From the NCBI RefSeq assembly GCF_963921235.1, contig NC_086097.1, forward strand, positions 53,136,001 through 53,200,000: 64,000 nt of DNA. Direction: 5' to 3'. Below are positions 60,491-64,000 of the stretch, in pieces (positions within the stretch are counted from its first letter, which is position 1; each line of letters opens with the position of its first letter). The notes beneath the pieces were generated by a model. The model was given only the letters and a program-made list of their open reading frames with translations. It was not told the origin of the DNA and did not search any database. The translations under genes and the position numbers were made by a program. The stretch is from Mobula hypostoma (Eukaryota).

Positions 60491-62814
60491 CATGCTTCAT
60501 TCTTCATCTTGACCACCTATAATATCCCCATCCCTGGAGCCAATCCAAGTCCTTAGTTCATCTGCCTCTTGCGTCGAAATAAATAGGTTTAAATCAATGG
60601 TTTTTGCTCTCCCTTTATGTGCCTCTGCCGATAGTGACAACTAAACTTGCTCTCATTTGCTACCATTTAACCCCCTGATTCCTAATCATCTACTCAGCTT
60701 AAATAGCAAGTAAAACAGACCTTACCGTAAAACAGTCAGTAAAATTGCATAAAATTCCACGGAAGCCTTAAGAAGCAATGCTATGATTTGACTCTAGCAC
60801 AAGGACAGCATTTAATTGGCTCCGTTTCTTGTCAGCAATAAGTGTTCCAGTAATTCTCTAAATGGGCCTTCTAACCTTTCTTAACAAATCAGTTCACACT
60901 GTCATAAAGAATATCACTAAACAACAACTTGTCCCAAGAGATAGAGAGTTGAGGAAGAAATCATCAGGAAAGACTGGTTATTAGAAATTGCTTTGCATGC
61001 TAGCCAAATGGCTGTTATTTAAAGGCCCATTGCTAATACCTTCAGGGTCTCCATGTTTATATTGACTATCTGCTTGGAGACTTCTGGACCTGTTTAGAGG
61101 CATAACATACTGTACATCTTCACAAGACTAATTCATAATTCCAGAGTGCTTTCAAGGCCCCTAAAGGGCCACAAAATCCTGACCTGGAACAAGCCTAACC
61201 ACACAGTTGAAGCCTTTTTCAGAGGGGGGTTCAACCTCACCCACCCTGCTGCCAGGGTGTCCAAAATGTCCAGTCCTAGCCTTGCAGCGATCACCAGAGT
61301 GACTGACTGAATCGCGACCTGGGCTAGCTGTCTGTCTGCACAATGCAACCAGGTTCCATTACCAGTCACACGCTTCTAGCTTTTAGCTCCACCTATCCCC
61401 ATTAAACTACTCTACCCACTCCTAAACTTTACTCATTCTCTTTTGAATTACCCACCCAGCTGCTGCAATACATAATCTTCCCAACTTATTGAGTGAGCTT
61501 GCAGAGGAAAAGACTCTGCCAACACAAATCTATGTAAAGTCTGCCCTATGGTAGACAATGCAATGCCAGCTATGTCACCACCACACCACCACTGCATTTG
61601 TGTAGCTCTGTAAACATAGGAACATAATTAGACTAGTTTCTTGAAATTGTTCTGCCAACCAATGAGATCTTTCCCCCTCAAATTTCATGCAGTTTAATGT
61701 GCACACATATCAAAAATCGTAGATTTTAAATGAATGTGTCATCTGTAGAAGAGGTCTAAACTTCTACCACACTTTGTACAATGAAGTTCTTTCTAACATT
61801 AACTCATGGAAGGTCTAGCTTTAAGAGTTAGACAACAGGTGTTTATATGACATAAGTGATTACAGTTGCAGACTATCTCGCCTTGGACTTAAGCATTTCA
61901 GTACAAGGTCTGAAGGGATATCACATATACTGCTCTGCAGGTGTAGTGACTCAAGCTATTGAATAACAAAGCTAGTTTTAAATTGCATCACAGTAGGTTT
62001 AGTGTTAAACGGATGTTCCCTTTCCTACTTTTTTCTAAGCAGAAAGACTTAGCCAACAGGAAACATTGTTATATGGACAGTAGAAACAGCCTTCAAAAAT
62101 GAATCATTCTTCCCAGTTCAAAAATGCCAGCACAGTGAAACACTTCTTCAGAGCCAAACCAGAAAATCCCTCCATGCAACTTGGAACACTTCACTAGTTG
62201 GGTTTTACAGGTAAACCAATCTAAGCGGAATTTCGAAATGAGCAACAGCATATTGAAGCGAAATAACTTTACCATTAAGTGGGGAAAAATCAATTTAAAA
62301 ATCTCAATGAATAAGAATTCTATGCTAATGTGTATAATGACAAGAGACTGCTCTCACCAGCCCCTTCAGTCTTTGCATCTCTCAATTACTGACAGCATGA
62401 AACTAACTGTGCAGTCTAGCAATGCTGTATTCAGCCTTTAAAAAGGTAATTATGTAATGCTCGACATTGTTTGTACCACTTTGAAAAATTACATTCTGAA
62501 CTACCCAGTTTATAATGTCTCCAAACTTAGATGCAATCTGCATACTTGAATATATTATGAAAGATGGTGGCCCCACAAGAAATCAATGTGGGGCAGTACC
62601 GGCCACACCCTGCTGGAGTTCCCAGTATCCACATTCATTATAATCTACATCACGACCAATCACTAACAAATTATACATCTACTTCAATCAAGCTTATCTG
62701 ATAATCTAATGAACAGTTTCAATAATCAATTCCATTGGCAGGAATCATGAAATGCAGAAGGATTAAGCAAAACAGAATCCAATATTGTTCAATTTATAAA
62801 GATTTTTTTTAAAA

Positions 62815-62946
62815 AACGAGAGAAATTCTGCAGGTGCTGGAAATCTGAGCAACACACACAAAATGCTGGAGGAACTCAGCAGGCTAGGCAGCATCAAGGA
62901 AAAGAGTACAGCTGATGTTTCGGGTCAAAACCCTTCAGCAGGACAA
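62815..62946 (-). mobile_element. Short Penelope-like 3' terminus with degenerate hammerhead
   Basis: GUC-CUGCUGA-AGGGUUUUGACCC-GAAAC-AUC. Confidence 0.75.
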
Positions 62947-62974
62947 GATTTCTTTTAAATTGTTCATTATGAAA

Positions 62975-64000
62975 GTTGGCCTAAGGTATCTAGTTTTACA
63001 GTGGAGTAAAGGCAATTAAGAGAGGCATGAGAGAGGAGCTGGCCAAAGTTGAGTGAAAGGGAACACTAGCAGATATGATGGCAGAACAGCAAAGGCTGGG
63101 GTTTCTGGGGGTAATGCAGAAAGTGCGGAATAGATACACCCCAGAGAAGAATTGTAAAAGAAGCACAATACAACCATGGCTGAAAAGGGAAGTCAAAGAC
63201 AGCATAGACACAAAAGAGAGGGCATAAAATACTGCAAAGATTAGTGGGAAGTTAGCAGATTGGGAAACTTTTAAAAACCAACAGAAGGTAACTAAAAAAG
63301 CCATAAGGAGAGATGAAATCTGAAGGTAAGCTAGCCAATAATATAAGAGGATGCAAAACCTTTTTTTCAGATATATAAAGAGTAAAAGAGAGGTAAATGT
63401 GGATATCGGAGCACAGGAAAATGACACCAGAGAGGTAAGGGGGACAAAGAAATGGTGGATGAATTTAATAAGTATATTGTGTCAGCCTTCACTATGGAGG
63501 ACACTAGTAGTATGTCAGAAACCAAGAGTGTCAGGGCAGGAGCAAATATGGTTGCTATTACTAAGCAGAAGGTGCTTGGAAAAAGGTCTGATGGTGGATA
63601 AGTCACCTAGACCAGATGGACTACACTCCAAGTCTCTGAAAGAGGTAGCTGCAGAGATTGTGGAAGCATTAGAAATGATCTTTCTAGAATCACCAGATTC
63701 TGGAATGGTTCCGGAGGACTGGAAAATTGCAACTATCACTCCACTCTAAGAAGGGAGCAAGGCAGAAGAAAGGAAATTATAGGTCACTGACCTCAGTGGT
63801 TGGGAAAATGTTGGGAGTTGATTGTTAACGATGATGCTTCTGGGTATTTGGGAGCACATGATAAAATAGGGCAAACACAACATGATTTCTTTAAGGGGAA
63901 ATTTTGCCTGACAAATCTGTTGAAAGCTTTTGAGGAAATAACAGGTATGTTAAACAAAGGAGAGTCAGTGGATTTTGCTTACACAGATTTTCCGAAGGCA
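62975..64000 (+). mobile_element. CR1-like LINE internal region (runs off the window)
   Basis: FFRYIKSKR, DKSPRPDGLH, SGMVPEDWKIATITPL. Confidence 0.85.

Overview
Eukaryotic vertebrate genomic DNA, AT-rich and dense in retrotransposons. The repeat families (HE1/V-SINE, CR1/HER1-like, REX1/Babar, Penelope-like) suggest a cartilaginous fish, probably a ray; this is inference. The only securely identifiable gene is the 3' end of FERMT2 (kindlin-2) on the minus strand. It has three constitutive terminal exons (55654-55778, 52402-52543, 46847-47020), a ~1 kb 3'UTR ending near 45.86 kb, and a 21-nt alternative micro-exon (56323-56343, PGYVRDL) missed by the ORF track. Almost every other ORF in the track is a retroelement fragment or an artefact of a tandem repeat. 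The most notable hidden system is the Penelope-like elements (RT + GIY-YIG), whose 3' termini carry minimal type-I hammerhead ribozyme motifs (about ten copies, five with intact cores). These include an ~80-bp ribozyme-only insertion with its own target-site duplication (TSD) and an inverted-repeat copy lying sense within a FERMT2 intron. The window also holds multi-layer nested insertions with readable TSDs, a solo LTR, three minisatellites and a weak candidate for an unannotated spliced minus-strand transcript. No database searches were possible; family names come from recognised motifs and repeat boundaries are approximate unless a TSD is given.
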